Assembly: GCA_035492455.1 (NCBI GenBank)
Contig: DATJJE010000005.1
Span: 16,961-80,960, forward strand
Length of the DNA: 64,000 nt
Origin: Vicinamibacterales bacterium
GTDB lineage: Bacteria > Acidobacteriota > Vicinamibacteria > Vicinamibacterales > UBA2999
Reading direction: 5' to 3'
Below the pieces are notes generated by a model. That model was not told where the DNA came from, made no database searches, and worked only from the letters and a program-made list of their open reading frames with translations. Shown piece by piece: positions 33,155 to 42,236 of the stretch. A program made the translations under genes and the position numbers. Numbering within the stretch: the first letter of the stretch is position 1; every line of letters begins with the position of its first letter.

Positions 33155-36025
33155 ATGTCTCCCGCGATCGTTCCCGCAGCAACGTACCGCCTGCAATTCA
33201 ACAAATCGTTCACGTTCGACGACGCGACGGCGGTGGTCGACTATCTGGACCGTCTTGGAATCTCGCACTGCTATGCATCGAGCTACTTCAAGGCGGTGCC
33301 GGGCAGCACACACGGCTACGACGTGGCCGATCCGACGCGCCTCAATCCCGAGATTGGCGACCGCGCCAGCTACGACCGCTGGGTGGCGGCGCTGCGCGGC
33401 CACGGCATGGGTCACATCATCGACATGGTGCCGAATCACATGGGTATCGCCCAGTCGGCGAATCCCTGGTGGCAGGACGTGCTGGAGAACGGCCCCAGCT
33501 CGCAGTACGCGTCGTACTTCGACATCGACTGGCACCCGCTGAAACCGGAGCTCGAAAACAAGGTCCTGCTGCCGATTCTTGGCGATTCGTATGGCGCCGT
33601 GCTCGAGCGGCAGGAGATTCAGCTGCGCTACACGAACGGCGCCTTCACGGCGCACTATTTCGAGACAGTCCTACCGATTGCACCGGGCACCTACGATCGC
33701 ATCCTCGAGCTCGATGACGACACGCTGCTGGCGGAGATCGGCGAGACCGATGACGGCCTCGAGTTTCTGAGCATCATTACCGCGATTCGCAACCTTCCCG
33801 GACGCGCTGCGCAGACGCCGCAAACACGTGCCGAGCGGAATCGCGAGAAAGAAGTGATTAAGAAGCGGCTGGCGCGTCTGACCGCCGCATCGGCCGCCGT
33901 GCTGGCGCACATCGAAGGCTCAGTGACGACCTTCAACGGCAGGAAGGACGATCCGCGCAGCTTCGATCGCCTGGATGCGCTGCTCTCTGCGCAGCCTTAT
34001 CGACTTGCCTACTGGCGCGTCGCCGCGGAGGAAATCAACTACCGGCGCTTCTTTGACATCAACGATCTGGCGGCCCTGCGCATGGAAGATCCGGCGGTGT
34101 TCGAGCGGACGCACGCCTTCGCGTTCGAGCTGCTGCGCGACGGGTGCATCGACGGAATCCGCATCGATCATGTCGATGGTCTGTACGACCCGGGTGACTA
34201 TCTCGATCGCCTGCAGGCGCGCGCGCGCGACGTGCGGCCGGACCTGTTCTCCGACGACAAGCGGATGTATCTGATCGTCGAAAAGATCCTCGGCCTCGAC
34301 GAATGGCTGCCGGCGTGGCCCGTCGAAGGCACGACTGGCTACGACTTTCTCGTGCGCGTGAACGGTCTATTCGTCAACGGACGCAACGAGCGTGCGGTGA
34401 ACGAGGCGTTCGAGCGCTTCACGCGTCTACGTGCGCCCTTCCGCGAGTTTGCCTACCGCAGCAAACAGTTGATCCTGCGGATGAGCATGGCCAGTGAGCT
34501 GCAGGTGCTGGCACACGGTCTGAATCGATTCTCCGAACGCAACCGCCACTCGCGCGACTTCACGCTGAACCTGCTGGTGTATGCGATGCGCGAGATCATC
34601 GCGTCTTTTCCGGTCTACCGCACCTATGTCAACGGACGCGAGCCGGACGTCAGCGCGCACGATCGTCGCTACATCGATAACGCCGTGAACGAGGCGAAGC
34701 GTCGCAACCCTCGTCATCCAGGCGTAGTGTTCGAGTTTGTGCGCAGTCTCCTGTTGAAGAATGCGGGCTACATCCCCGAAGAAGAGCGCGGCGAACACCT
34801 GAAGTTCGTGAGCAAGTTTCAGCAGGTGACGAGCCCCGTCACCGCCAAGGGCATCGAAGACACGGCGCTCTACATCTACAACCGCCTCGTGTCGCTGAAT
34901 GAGGTCGGCGGCGAGCCCGACAAGTTCGGCGTGACGCCCGAGGCGCTGCACGCCTGGCTCGCCGATCGCGCGCGCAGGTGGCCGCACTCGCTCTCGGCGA
35001 TGTCGACGCACGACACCAAGCGCAGCGAAGACGTCCGCGCGAGAATCAACGCGCTCTCCGAGATTCCATCCGAATGGCGTCAAGCCGCGGGGCGATGGGC
35101 GCGGCTGAATCGCAAGGCGCGGACGCTGATCGACGGCGAATCCTACCCGAGCCGCAACGAGGAGTATCTGTTTTACCAGACGCTCATCGGCACCTGGCCG
35201 ATGCACGAGATGAGCGATGAGGACGAACGCGAGTATCTGCGGCGCATCCGCGAATACATGCTGAAGACGATGCGCGAGGCGAAGGTGTTCACGAGCTGGT
35301 TGAGCCCGAGTGAGCCGCACGAGAACGCGATGACGCGGTTCGTCGAGACGGCTCTCTCACCCGCCAACGTGGCGTTCCGTCGTGATTTTCTCGAGTTGGC
35401 GTCCCGTGTCGCGCGCTACGGCATCTACAACTCGCTCGCGCAGCTGGCGATCAAGATCGCGGCACCGGGTGTTCCCGATTTTTATCAGGGCACCGAGCTA
35501 TGGGATTTCAGCCTCGTCGATCCCGACAACCGGCGTGCCGTCGACTACAAGAGGCGCCGCGAGCTGCTCGATGCGCTGCTCGATCCTGCGGCGGCCGAAC
35601 AGGCGGGTTTCGTCCGTGATCTGCTCTCCCACCCGGAGGACGACCGGCTAAAGCTCTTTGCAACCGCGACGATGCTGCGAACGCGGAGGGCGGCGCACGA
35701 CGTCTTCAGATGCGGACGGTATGAGGCGCTGGCCGTCGACGGCGGCGCGCGCGATCATGTCTTCGCCTTCGCGCGCGTTCACGGCACACGCCAGGTTATC
35801 GTCGCGGTGCCGCGTCTGGTGGCCGCATTGAAACCCGATGGCGGCGCGCCGGTTGGCGACATATGGGGCGAGACGCGAATCGCCGTTCCGGATGAAGGCC
35901 CGCGCTGCTACCAGCAGGCATTCACGGCGACCTGTGTGGCCGTCGTCGAGGAGGACGGCCGGCGGTGGGTTCGCGCCGCCGACGCATTTTCGCAATTCCC
36001 AGTCGCCTTCCTGGAGACAATGTAA
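33155..36025 (+). CDS. treY: Malto-oligosyltrehalose synthase
   Basis: PAATYRLQFNKSFTFDDA...LGISHCYASSYFKAVPGSTHGYDV...GIRIDHVDGL...STHDTKRSEDVRARI. The alternative GTG start is at 33122. Confidence 0.9.
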   Translation: MSPAIVPAATYRLQFNKSFTFDDATAVVDYLDRLGISHCYASSYFKAVPGSTHGYDVADPTRLNPEIGDRASYDRWVAALRGHGMGHIIDMVPNHMGIAQSANPWWQDVLENGPSSQYASYFDIDWHPLKPELENKVLLPILGDSYGAVLERQEIQLRYTNGAFTAHYFETVLPIAPGTYDRILELDDDTLLAEIGETDDGLEFLSIITAIRNLPGRAAQTPQTRAERNREKEVIKKRLARLTAASAAVLAHIEGSVTTFNGRKDDPRSFDRLDALLSAQPYRLAYWRVAAEEINYRRFFDINDLAALRMEDPAVFERTHAFAFELLRDGCIDGIRIDHVDGLYDPGDYLDRLQARARDVRPDLFSDDKRMYLIVEKILGLDEWLPAWPVEGTTGYDFLVRVNGLFVNGRNERAVNEAFERFTRLRAPFREFAYRSKQLILRMSMASELQVLAHGLNRFSERNRHSRDFTLNLLVYAMREIIASFPVYRTYVNGREPDVSAHDRRYIDNAVNEAKRRNPRHPGVVFEFVRSLLLKNAGYIPEEERGEHLKFVSKFQQVTSPVTAKGIEDTALYIYNRLVSLNEVGGEPDKFGVTPEALHAWLADRARRWPHSLSAMSTHDTKRSEDVRARINALSEIPSEWRQAAGRWARLNRKARTLIDGESYPSRNEEYLFYQTLIGTWPMHEMSDEDEREYLRRIREYMLKTMREAKVFTSWLSPSEPHENAMTRFVETALSPANVAFRRDFLELASRVARYGIYNSLAQLAIKIAAPGVPDFYQGTELWDFSLVDPDNRRAVDYKRRRELLDALLDPAAAEQAGFVRDLLSHPEDDRLKLFATATMLRTRRAAHDVFRCGRYEALAVDGGARDHVFAFARVHGTRQVIVAVPRLVAALKPDGGAPVGDIWGETRIAVPDEGPRCYQQAFTATCVAVVEEDGRRWVRAADAFSQFPVAFLETM

Positions 36026-36027
36026 TC

Positions 36028-37281
36028 GTGGGTTGGATGATCATCGGCCTCGGCTTCATCACCTGGTTCGTCCTCGTGTTGTTCTTCACGCCGAGGATCG
36101 ACTTCAAGGTGTCGAATCCGCTTCGACCGGATAGCGACGAGTTCCTGCACGTCATCCAGTCCACATGCCAGGCCGCGATCCACTTCAACAACAAGGTTGA
36201 GGTCTTCACCAACGGCGCGCAGTTTTATCCAGCGATGCGCGACGCAATCGTCGCGGCGGAGTCGTCGGTAAATATGGAGGCGTACATCTTCAAACGCGGA
36301 GATGCCGCCGACATGTTGATCGACGCGATGATCGATCGTGCGCGCGCCGGGGTTGAAGTGCGGCTGACGCTCGACGCAGTCGGCAGCTTCCTCATGGCGT
36401 TCGGTGCGCCGGTGAGGCGTCTGCGCGAGGCGGGCTGTAAGGTGCAGTTCTACCAGCGCCCGACGTGGTACCGGCTGCACCGTCTGAACAATCGTACGCA
36501 CCGCGAGCTGCTCATCATCGACGGACGGATCGCCTTCAGCGGCGGCGCGGGGGTCGCCGATCAATGGTTGAAGCCACATCGCCGCCGCGCCGCATGGCGC
36601 GACACGATGGCGCGTATCGAAGGTCCGATCGTCGCGGCGCTGCAGGGCGTATTCACCGAGAACTGGCTCGAGTGCTGTGGCGAAATCCTCACCGACCCGC
36701 GTCACTGGCCGGTTCTGCCCGAAGCCGATGGCGCCGAGGCCATGCTCGTGAAGAGCTCCCCGTCGGATCGGTCGACCACCTCGCGTATGGTGTTTCAGAT
36801 GCTCATCGAGGGCGCGGTCAGCTGCATCGACATCCAGACACCGTACTTTCTGCCGGACAGGGCTCTGCGCCGGGCGCTCGTCCGCGCTGCCCGCCGGGGT
36901 GTGCGGGTACGCGTCATCGTGCCAGGAAAGTACACGGATCAGCGGCTCGTCCGGCTGGCCAGCCGCCGCATGTACCGCGAGCTGCTGGTCGGCGGTATCC
37001 GTTTGTTCGAGTACCGGCCCGCGATGATCCATGTCAAAGCGTTGATGGTTGACGCTGTCTGGGCCGTGATGGGAACGACGAACGTCGACAATCGTTCGTT
37101 TGAACACAATGATGAAATCAACGTCGCCTTCCGCGAGCCCGCCGTCGTTACACGCCTGCGCCGCGATTTCGAGTCGGATCTGGCCGCATCCGATGAAATA
37201 ACCCTTTCGGAATGGGGTCGAAGGCCGGCGCTCGAAAAACTCGTCGAGCCGGTCTGCTGGATTCTGGAACGTCAGCAGTAG
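36028..37281 (+). CDS. cls: Phospholipase D / cardiolipin-synthase-like protein
   Basis: One N-terminal TM segment. First PLD motif NNRTHRELLIIDG (Glu where Lys is expected). Second motif IHVKALMVDAVWAVMGTTNVDNRS. The GTG start lies 3 nt after the treY stop. Confidence 0.8.
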   Translation: MGWMIIGLGFITWFVLVLFFTPRIDFKVSNPLRPDSDEFLHVIQSTCQAAIHFNNKVEVFTNGAQFYPAMRDAIVAAESSVNMEAYIFKRGDAADMLIDAMIDRARAGVEVRLTLDAVGSFLMAFGAPVRRLREAGCKVQFYQRPTWYRLHRLNNRTHRELLIIDGRIAFSGGAGVADQWLKPHRRRAAWRDTMARIEGPIVAALQGVFTENWLECCGEILTDPRHWPVLPEADGAEAMLVKSSPSDRSTTSRMVFQMLIEGAVSCIDIQTPYFLPDRALRRALVRAARRGVRVRVIVPGKYTDQRLVRLASRRMYRELLVGGIRLFEYRPAMIHVKALMVDAVWAVMGTTNVDNRSFEHNDEINVAFREPAVVTRLRRDFESDLAASDEITLSEWGRRPALEKLVEPVCWILERQQ

Positions 37282-37393
37282 TCGACCCTCGCCGTCACAC
37301 CGGCGCTCTGCGACCGGTGGCTTGCCATCCCAATCTGACGAAACGGGGAAGGCTGGTACGTCCGTTGCTGTGTCCGAGCCAGAGGTTAGTACC

Positions 37394-37783
37394 GTGGCTC
37401 GAAACATCATCCGATCACTTGCACTCATCGCCCCGTTGCTCGCGCTCACGGGCACCGTGGGATCCGCCAAAGACAACGTCGAAATCAGGCTCAATGGACG
37501 GTTCTTCTCGGAGCCGGCGACGGTGCAGCTCGTTGTCAGTGTTGAACCGAACGCTGAGAACCGCAGGCTGCGCGTCGAGGCCGATGGCGACAACATGTTC
37601 CGTGCAACCGAAATGGAACTCGAGGGCGCCAGTGAAAAGCGCCTGCACACCATCGAGTTCAGAAACCTTGCGGCCGGCGGCTACACACTGCGCGCGCAGG
37701 TGCTCTCGAACAGCTCGGTGCGCTCACAGGCAGAACAGGAAATCATGGTCGCAGGCGACGGAACGGCGCCGGGCGGCTGGTAA
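37394..37783 (+). CDS. Small secreted protein, unknown function
   Basis: VARNIIRSLALIAPLLALTGTVGSAKD is a signal peptide. The track start (TTG at 37322) is possible, but the GTG at 37394 has AGAGG upstream. Confidence 0.5.
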   Translation: MARNIIRSLALIAPLLALTGTVGSAKDNVEIRLNGRFFSEPATVQLVVSVEPNAENRRLRVEADGDNMFRATEMELEGASEKRLHTIEFRNLAAGGYTLRAQVLSNSSVRSQAEQEIMVAGDGTAPGGW

Positions 37784-37900
37784 ATTCAAGTTCCAAATTC
37801 CAAGCTCCAAGGTCCAAGATCCAAGCTCCAAGCGTGAACGCGCTTGGAGCTTCTTTTTTTTTGAGCTTCGAACTTCGAACTTGGAGCTTGGAACTTGGAC
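37784..37900. repeat. Heptamer-periodic inverted repeat filling a convergent intergenic gap
   Basis: Seven tandem NTCCAAG units (37784-37832), a central terminator hairpin, then five tandem CTTSGAN units (37866-37900). The element spans exactly from stop codon to stop codon. Confidence 0.9.
37823..37862 (+). terminator. Rho-independent terminator
   Basis: AAGCTCCAAGCG (37823-37834), loop TGAACG, CGCTTGGAGCTT (37841-37852), C, then T9 (37854-37862). Confidence 0.85.
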
Positions 37901-38707
37901 TTAGTGAGACTTGTCTATGCCAGCAGTCCACTCAGCGATCTGCTCCGGCGTCATCGCTCCGCGCGGCGTCAGGCGCGCGTCCTCATAACCCCAGTCGTCG
38001 ATGTCAACGAGATACTGCGCGCGTGACAGCAGTGTGCCCTGGCACACCTTGCTGTCACGCGTCGGAACTTCGAGTTCCGCCTGCACGCGGCCAAGCAGGT
38101 CTTTGATCACGGCCGAGGGGATGAGCGAGCGTTCACCCGGGTAGATGAAGCCGAACAGAACGAGGTGGTTGAGGAGAACGCGCCAGTGCGCTGCGAATCT
38201 CCGGACGAGGCGCTCCCAGTTGATCAACCCCGCGCAATGCCGCAGCATGTGCGCGACGTCGGCGCCGTCATACCGCTCGCGCTCCATGATGAATGCCTTC
38301 GTCCAGATCATTTCCTCGGCCGGCACCAGCTTGACCGGAGTGCCGAGCACGGTTTCGTCGACCGCGTGGGCGAACCACTCGTCATCGACTTCGGCGACGG
38401 CATTGCCGGAGCTGTAGATCACGTCGATAAACTTCTCGCCGTGATGCGCCTTGGCCAGCCAGTGATCGAAGGCGATCTCCGTCTTGAAACCGCAGCGCGT
38501 GAGCACATCGAGGACACGCCGCACGTCACGCGGACGGACGAAAATATCGAAGTCCTTCGTCGTACGCGCAATGCCCGCGTAGTACTGAAACGCATACGTC
38601 CCGCCCACGAGATACGGCACGCCGCAGCGATTCAGCATCTCAAGCGCGTCACGATACAGCTGCGCTGTATCGGGCGACGTCAGCAGCGGTGTGTCGGTGT
38701 CTATCAC
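37901..38707 (-). CDS. Nucleotidyltransferase-fold protein (uncharacterised NTase family)
   Basis: The GTG at 38707 was chosen because the longer track ORF overlaps the upstream gene and is Arg/Ser-rich there. VPYLVGGTYAFQYYAGIARTTKDFDIFV resembles the G[SG]..D.D minimal NTase motif. Confidence 0.6.
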   Translation of the reverse strand: MIDTDTPLLTSPDTAQLYRDALEMLNRCGVPYLVGGTYAFQYYAGIARTTKDFDIFVRPRDVRRVLDVLTRCGFKTEIAFDHWLAKAHHGEKFIDVIYSSGNAVAEVDDEWFAHAVDETVLGTPVKLVPAEEMIWTKAFIMERERYDGADVAHMLRHCAGLINWERLVRRFAAHWRVLLNHLVLFGFIYPGERSLIPSAVIKDLLGRVQAELEVPTRDSKVCQGTLLSRAQYLVDIDDWGYEDARLTPRGAMTPEQIAEWTAGIDKSH

Positions 38708-38738
38708 GCGATTCAGTCCCCGTCGGGTTGTGCAGGAA

Positions 38739-39545
38739 TCAGGCCGATTTGACCAGCGGCTGGCCACGCGGCTCGACCGCAACAGCGGTATCAACTTCAT
38801 CGAGCGGCATTTCGACGATGAGGAACGGCGGGCGATCGGGGTTGACGCGCTGCAGGAGCGGCATCGAGACGTTATGCACAGGAATGCCGGTCGACGTGCG
38901 GCCTTCAGCGGTACCGCGATGTGCGTGGCCGTGGAACACGGCACTAACCCGATAGCGATTGATCGGCTCCTCGAGCCGACTCGAACCGAGATAGGCAAAG
39001 ATTTCGGGCGGCTCGCCTTCAACGGTTGAACGCACCGGCGAGTAATGCAGCAGCGCAACGCGCTTCTGCGTGCGCAGCCGCGCCAATGCCGCTTCGAGCT
39101 TCAACGCCTCGTCAACAGCTTCCTGCACGAACGCTTTGATGGCCTGTTCGCCCCACGGTCCGAGCGCGCCGCGGCCGAATCCACCAGCGAAACCCTTTAC
39201 CCCCGCGAAGCCGACACCGTGTATTTCAGTGGCTTCGCCGTCCAGGACCGTGACACCCCCGTCGATGAGAATCTGCCGGATCTCCTGTGGCTTTCCGCCT
39301 TCGAAATCATGGTTGCCAAGCACCGCGATGACGGGCACCTTCAACGCCGCATTCAACTCGCGGACGAGAACGCGCGCTTCGTCGGGCAGTCCATAGTCGG
39401 TAAAGTCGCCGCACAGCAGCAGCACATCCGCGGCCCCGCTGATCTGGCTGAACAGCGCCTGAAACGCCCCCTGCGAGTTCTTCGACACATGCAGGTCGCC
39501 CATGGCGGCGATCCGCAGGTGGCTCCGAGCTGGTCTGTCGGGCAT
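38739..39545 (-). CDS. Calcineurin-like metallophosphoesterase
   Basis: IAAMGDLH, LLCGDFTDYG, VLGNHD and FHGHAHR motifs in the canonical order. Confidence 0.85.
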   Translation of the reverse strand: MPDRPARSHLRIAAMGDLHVSKNSQGAFQALFSQISGAADVLLLCGDFTDYGLPDEARVLVRELNAALKVPVIAVLGNHDFEGGKPQEIRQILIDGGVTVLDGEATEIHGVGFAGVKGFAGGFGRGALGPWGEQAIKAFVQEAVDEALKLEAALARLRTQKRVALLHYSPVRSTVEGEPPEIFAYLGSSRLEEPINRYRVSAVFHGHAHRGTAEGRTSTGIPVHNVSMPLLQRVNPDRPPFLIVEMPLDEVDTAVAVEPRGQPLVKSA

Positions 39546-39591
39546 GCTCAGGCGTTGTACTCAAACGAAATGCCCGTTGTAAGCTGAAGCA

Positions 39592-40026
39592 ATGGCTGTG
39601 CTGCACCAGATCTGGATTAAGCGTGTCCATCGCGGGCCAATGGATGCAGCAAATCGTGCGACCCTCGTTACAGGTCGCGGCATCGTCGGCAATGCAGATC
39701 AGGGCGGGAAGCGACAGGTCACGATCGTGGATCTGGAGCGGTGGCAGGAGCTTATGGATCTCCTCCGTGCCGATATCGATCCGCGCATTCGGCGGGCGAA
39801 CCTGGTCATCGATTCACTGGATCTTTTCGACAGCCGGGGCAAGACATTGCGCGTTGGCGGAACACGGCTTCACATTGTCGGCGAAACGCGACCATGCGAG
39901 CGGATGGACGAAGCACTGCCAGGATTACAGACGTCCATGCGTGACCGCTGGGGCGGCGGCGTGTTCGCCGAAGTTGTCACAGGTGGCGAGATCGCGATCG
40001 GAGACCAGGTCGGATTCGATTTGTGA
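39592..40026 (+). CDS. MOSC domain protein
   Basis: 144 aa: GIVGNADQGGKRQVTIV...RANLVI...LRVGGTRLHIVGETRPCERM. Confidence 0.8.
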   Translation: MAVLHQIWIKRVHRGPMDAANRATLVTGRGIVGNADQGGKRQVTIVDLERWQELMDLLRADIDPRIRRANLVIDSLDLFDSRGKTLRVGGTRLHIVGETRPCERMDEALPGLQTSMRDRWGGGVFAEVVTGGEIAIGDQVGFDL

Positions 40027-40033
40027 TGAGTAA

Positions 40034-40552
40034 TCAACGATTCGCGATTGAAGATGGCGGGCGCCATGTGACCGGCGGTATTTGTGCGCCGTGTGTCGCC
40101 GTCAGGTACGGGACGACGATGCGTGCCCAGCGCGACAGAGTGACGTTGTCCAGTTCAGCCGGCGAGAAGTACCGCGCTTCGGAGATCTCGTCACCGTCGG
40201 CCCTCAGGCCTCCGCCGATGACGTGGCATTCGTAGACGGCCATCATGTAGCCGACCTCGTCGCCGTTCGCATACCACACGCGATACTCGGGGCCACCGAA
40301 CACGCCTCGCAATTCCGTCGGTTCGACCAGCAGGCCCGTTTCCTCCCACACCTCGCGCACCACTGCGTCCTGCGGGTGCTCGTCGGGATCCACTGCACCA
40401 CCGGGTGCGACCCACACGTTTTCACGATGCGTTGGACGAACCAGGAGCACTCTGCGGCTTTCGTCGAAGACGAGCGCCGTTACCGACGGCATCAGCAGAA
40501 GTTCGTTGCCCACCTTCGCCCGCAGACGACGGGCGTAATTCGATATCGGCAT
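40034..40552 (-). CDS. NUDIX hydrolase
   Basis: Nudix box GGAVDPDEHPQDAVVREVWEETGL. Confidence 0.88.
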   Translation of the reverse strand: MPISNYARRLRAKVGNELLLMPSVTALVFDESRRVLLVRPTHRENVWVAPGGAVDPDEHPQDAVVREVWEETGLLVEPTELRGVFGGPEYRVWYANGDEVGYMMAVYECHVIGGGLRADGDEISEARYFSPAELDNVTLSRWARIVVPYLTATHGAQIPPVTWRPPSSIANR

Positions 40553-40569
40553 GCCGATGTTCTATCACG

Positions 40570-41337
40570 TCACTCGACGAGAATTCCGCCGGAGCCGGTA
40601 GACAGCTCCAGGCGCGGTCCGCCGCCGCGGACGATGCCGTGAACGCGATGCCGCGAATTGGTAGCAGTGGATGTCAGGTGGGCGCTGGTCGCGATCCCAC
40701 CAGAGCCGGCGGTGGCATCCAGCTCGAAGCCGGCGCTATCGGCCAGCGACACGATGATGCCGCCGCTGCCAGCCCGTGCGACGACCGGACCGCGAACGCC
40801 GGTGAGACGGATGCCGCCTGACCCGGCGGTGACGCGCACATCCGCCTGCGTATCGTCGATGCGGATGCCGCCGGATCCGGTGGTCGCGGAAATCGATCCT
40901 CGGACGTGGCGAATCGTCTGCCCGCCAGAACCCGATGACGAGCGAACGACCGTCGATTCGGGAACCGTGATCTCGTAGCCGATGCTCACGTGCTGATAGC
41001 GGTCATCTGCACCCGTCGGTCCGATGCGAATCGCCTGTCCCTCTTGTGTAATCGGCGGGTGCTCCTCGATGTCTTTCACGCGCCGCGCCGCATCGTCATC
41101 GAACCAGTCGCTGGCGCGGATGCGCGCGACCACGTGAACGGTGTTCACCGGCCCAGACTCGATGCGAATGCCGCCGGAGCCCGTGCGAACGTCAAGTTCG
41201 ACAGGGCCGGTGACGCTCAACGTCCGTTCGAAGCGTCCTTCGACCGGCGCGCCGGCATACAGGTCACACGCCGCGGTTACCAGAACCGTGAGCGCGCACA
41301 CGAGGATCTGCGTCAGCAGTCGTACAGCCTTCATCAC
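40570..41337 (-). CDS. DUF4097-type (putative adhesin, beta-helical repeat) lipoprotein
   Basis: Lipobox LVTAAC and repeated GSGGI(R/I) strands. Confidence 0.75.
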   Translation of the reverse strand: MMKAVRLLTQILVCALTVLVTAACDLYAGAPVEGRFERTLSVTGPVELDVRTGSGGIRIESGPVNTVHVVARIRASDWFDDDAARRVKDIEEHPPITQEGQAIRIGPTGADDRYQHVSIGYEITVPESTVVRSSSGSGGQTIRHVRGSISATTGSGGIRIDDTQADVRVTAGSGGIRLTGVRGPVVARAGSGGIIVSLADSAGFELDATAGSGGIATSAHLTSTATNSRHRVHGIVRGGGPRLELSTGSGGILVE

Positions 41338-41449
41338 GTCACCTCATAGCGCTATACGGAAGGTCCGCCGCGCCGGTTTCACGTTATAAACCGTCGCGGC
41401 GCGCAAAGGTTACGCGCCGCTGTCAATGTGATATCGTGCCGCCGCTTCA

Positions 41450-42208
41450 ATGACGAGTCGGCTCACGAGCGTCGCATTCATCGTGTTCGGATCGATGCTG
41501 CTGGTGGCGCGAATGGGCGCGCAGGGCCAGGCCGCGATTCCGCGCGCGGCCGACGGCAAGCCGGACCTTTCCGGCATCTGGCAGGTGATCAACACCGCGG
41601 CCTGGGATATTCAGGATCACTCGGCATCGCTCGGCGTTCCCGCCGGACAGGGTGTGGTCGAGGGCAATGAAATTCCCTACCAGACCTGGGCACTGCAGAA
41701 GAAGAAGGAGAACTTCGCGAATCGGCGCACGGCCGATCCGGAAACGAAGTGCTATCAGCCAGGTGTCCCACGCATCACCTACATGCCGTATCCGTTTCAG
41801 ATCGTCCAGACACCCGACTACACTGCGGTGCTCTACGAGTACAACCACGTGACGCGGCACATCTACGTCGACGGCTCGCCGCATCCGAAGGGGCCGATTG
41901 ACAACTGGTTTATGGGCGACTCACGGGCGCGGTGGGACGGAGACACACTCGTGGTGGACGTGATTCATTTCACCGATCAGACGTGGCTCGATCGCGCGGG
42001 CAATTTCAACAGCGAGCAGCTGCACGTTGTCGAGCGCTACACGCCGACCGACCGCGACCACATCCAGTACGAGGCGACGATTGAAGACCCGAAAGTGTTC
42101 ACGCGTCCCTGGAAGATGAGTATGCCCCTCTATCGACGCAAAGAAGCCAATGTGCAACTGCTCGAGTATGAGTGCTACTCGATGCTGCAGGAATCTAAGG
42201 TTCAGTAG
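41450..42208 (+). CDS. Secreted protein, unknown function
   Basis: 252 aa with a signal peptide and coherent codon usage. I recognise no motif. Confidence 0.6.
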   Translation: MTSRLTSVAFIVFGSMLLVARMGAQGQAAIPRAADGKPDLSGIWQVINTAAWDIQDHSASLGVPAGQGVVEGNEIPYQTWALQKKKENFANRRTADPETKCYQPGVPRITYMPYPFQIVQTPDYTAVLYEYNHVTRHIYVDGSPHPKGPIDNWFMGDSRARWDGDTLVVDVIHFTDQTWLDRAGNFNSEQLHVVERYTPTDRDHIQYEATIEDPKVFTRPWKMSMPLYRRKEANVQLLEYECYSMLQESKVQ

Positions 42209-42236
42209 GTTCAGTGGGTGCGGTAGGCAGTTCGGT

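Noticed and set aside
37784-37900. CRISPR-like array, considered because of the many short tandem repeats.
   Set aside because: The units are 7 nt and contiguous with no spacers. The two halves are mutually complementary, and no cas genes are present. This is a hairpin-forming tandem-repeat element, not a CRISPR.
41366-41400. Hairpin CGCCGCG-C-CGGTTT ...loop... AAACCG-T-CGCGGCG in the divergent region between 40570-41337 (-) and 41450-42208 (+).
   Set aside because: It is a real inverted repeat, but it has no U-tract and no recognisable riboswitch or operator signature. I cannot assign a role from sequence alone.
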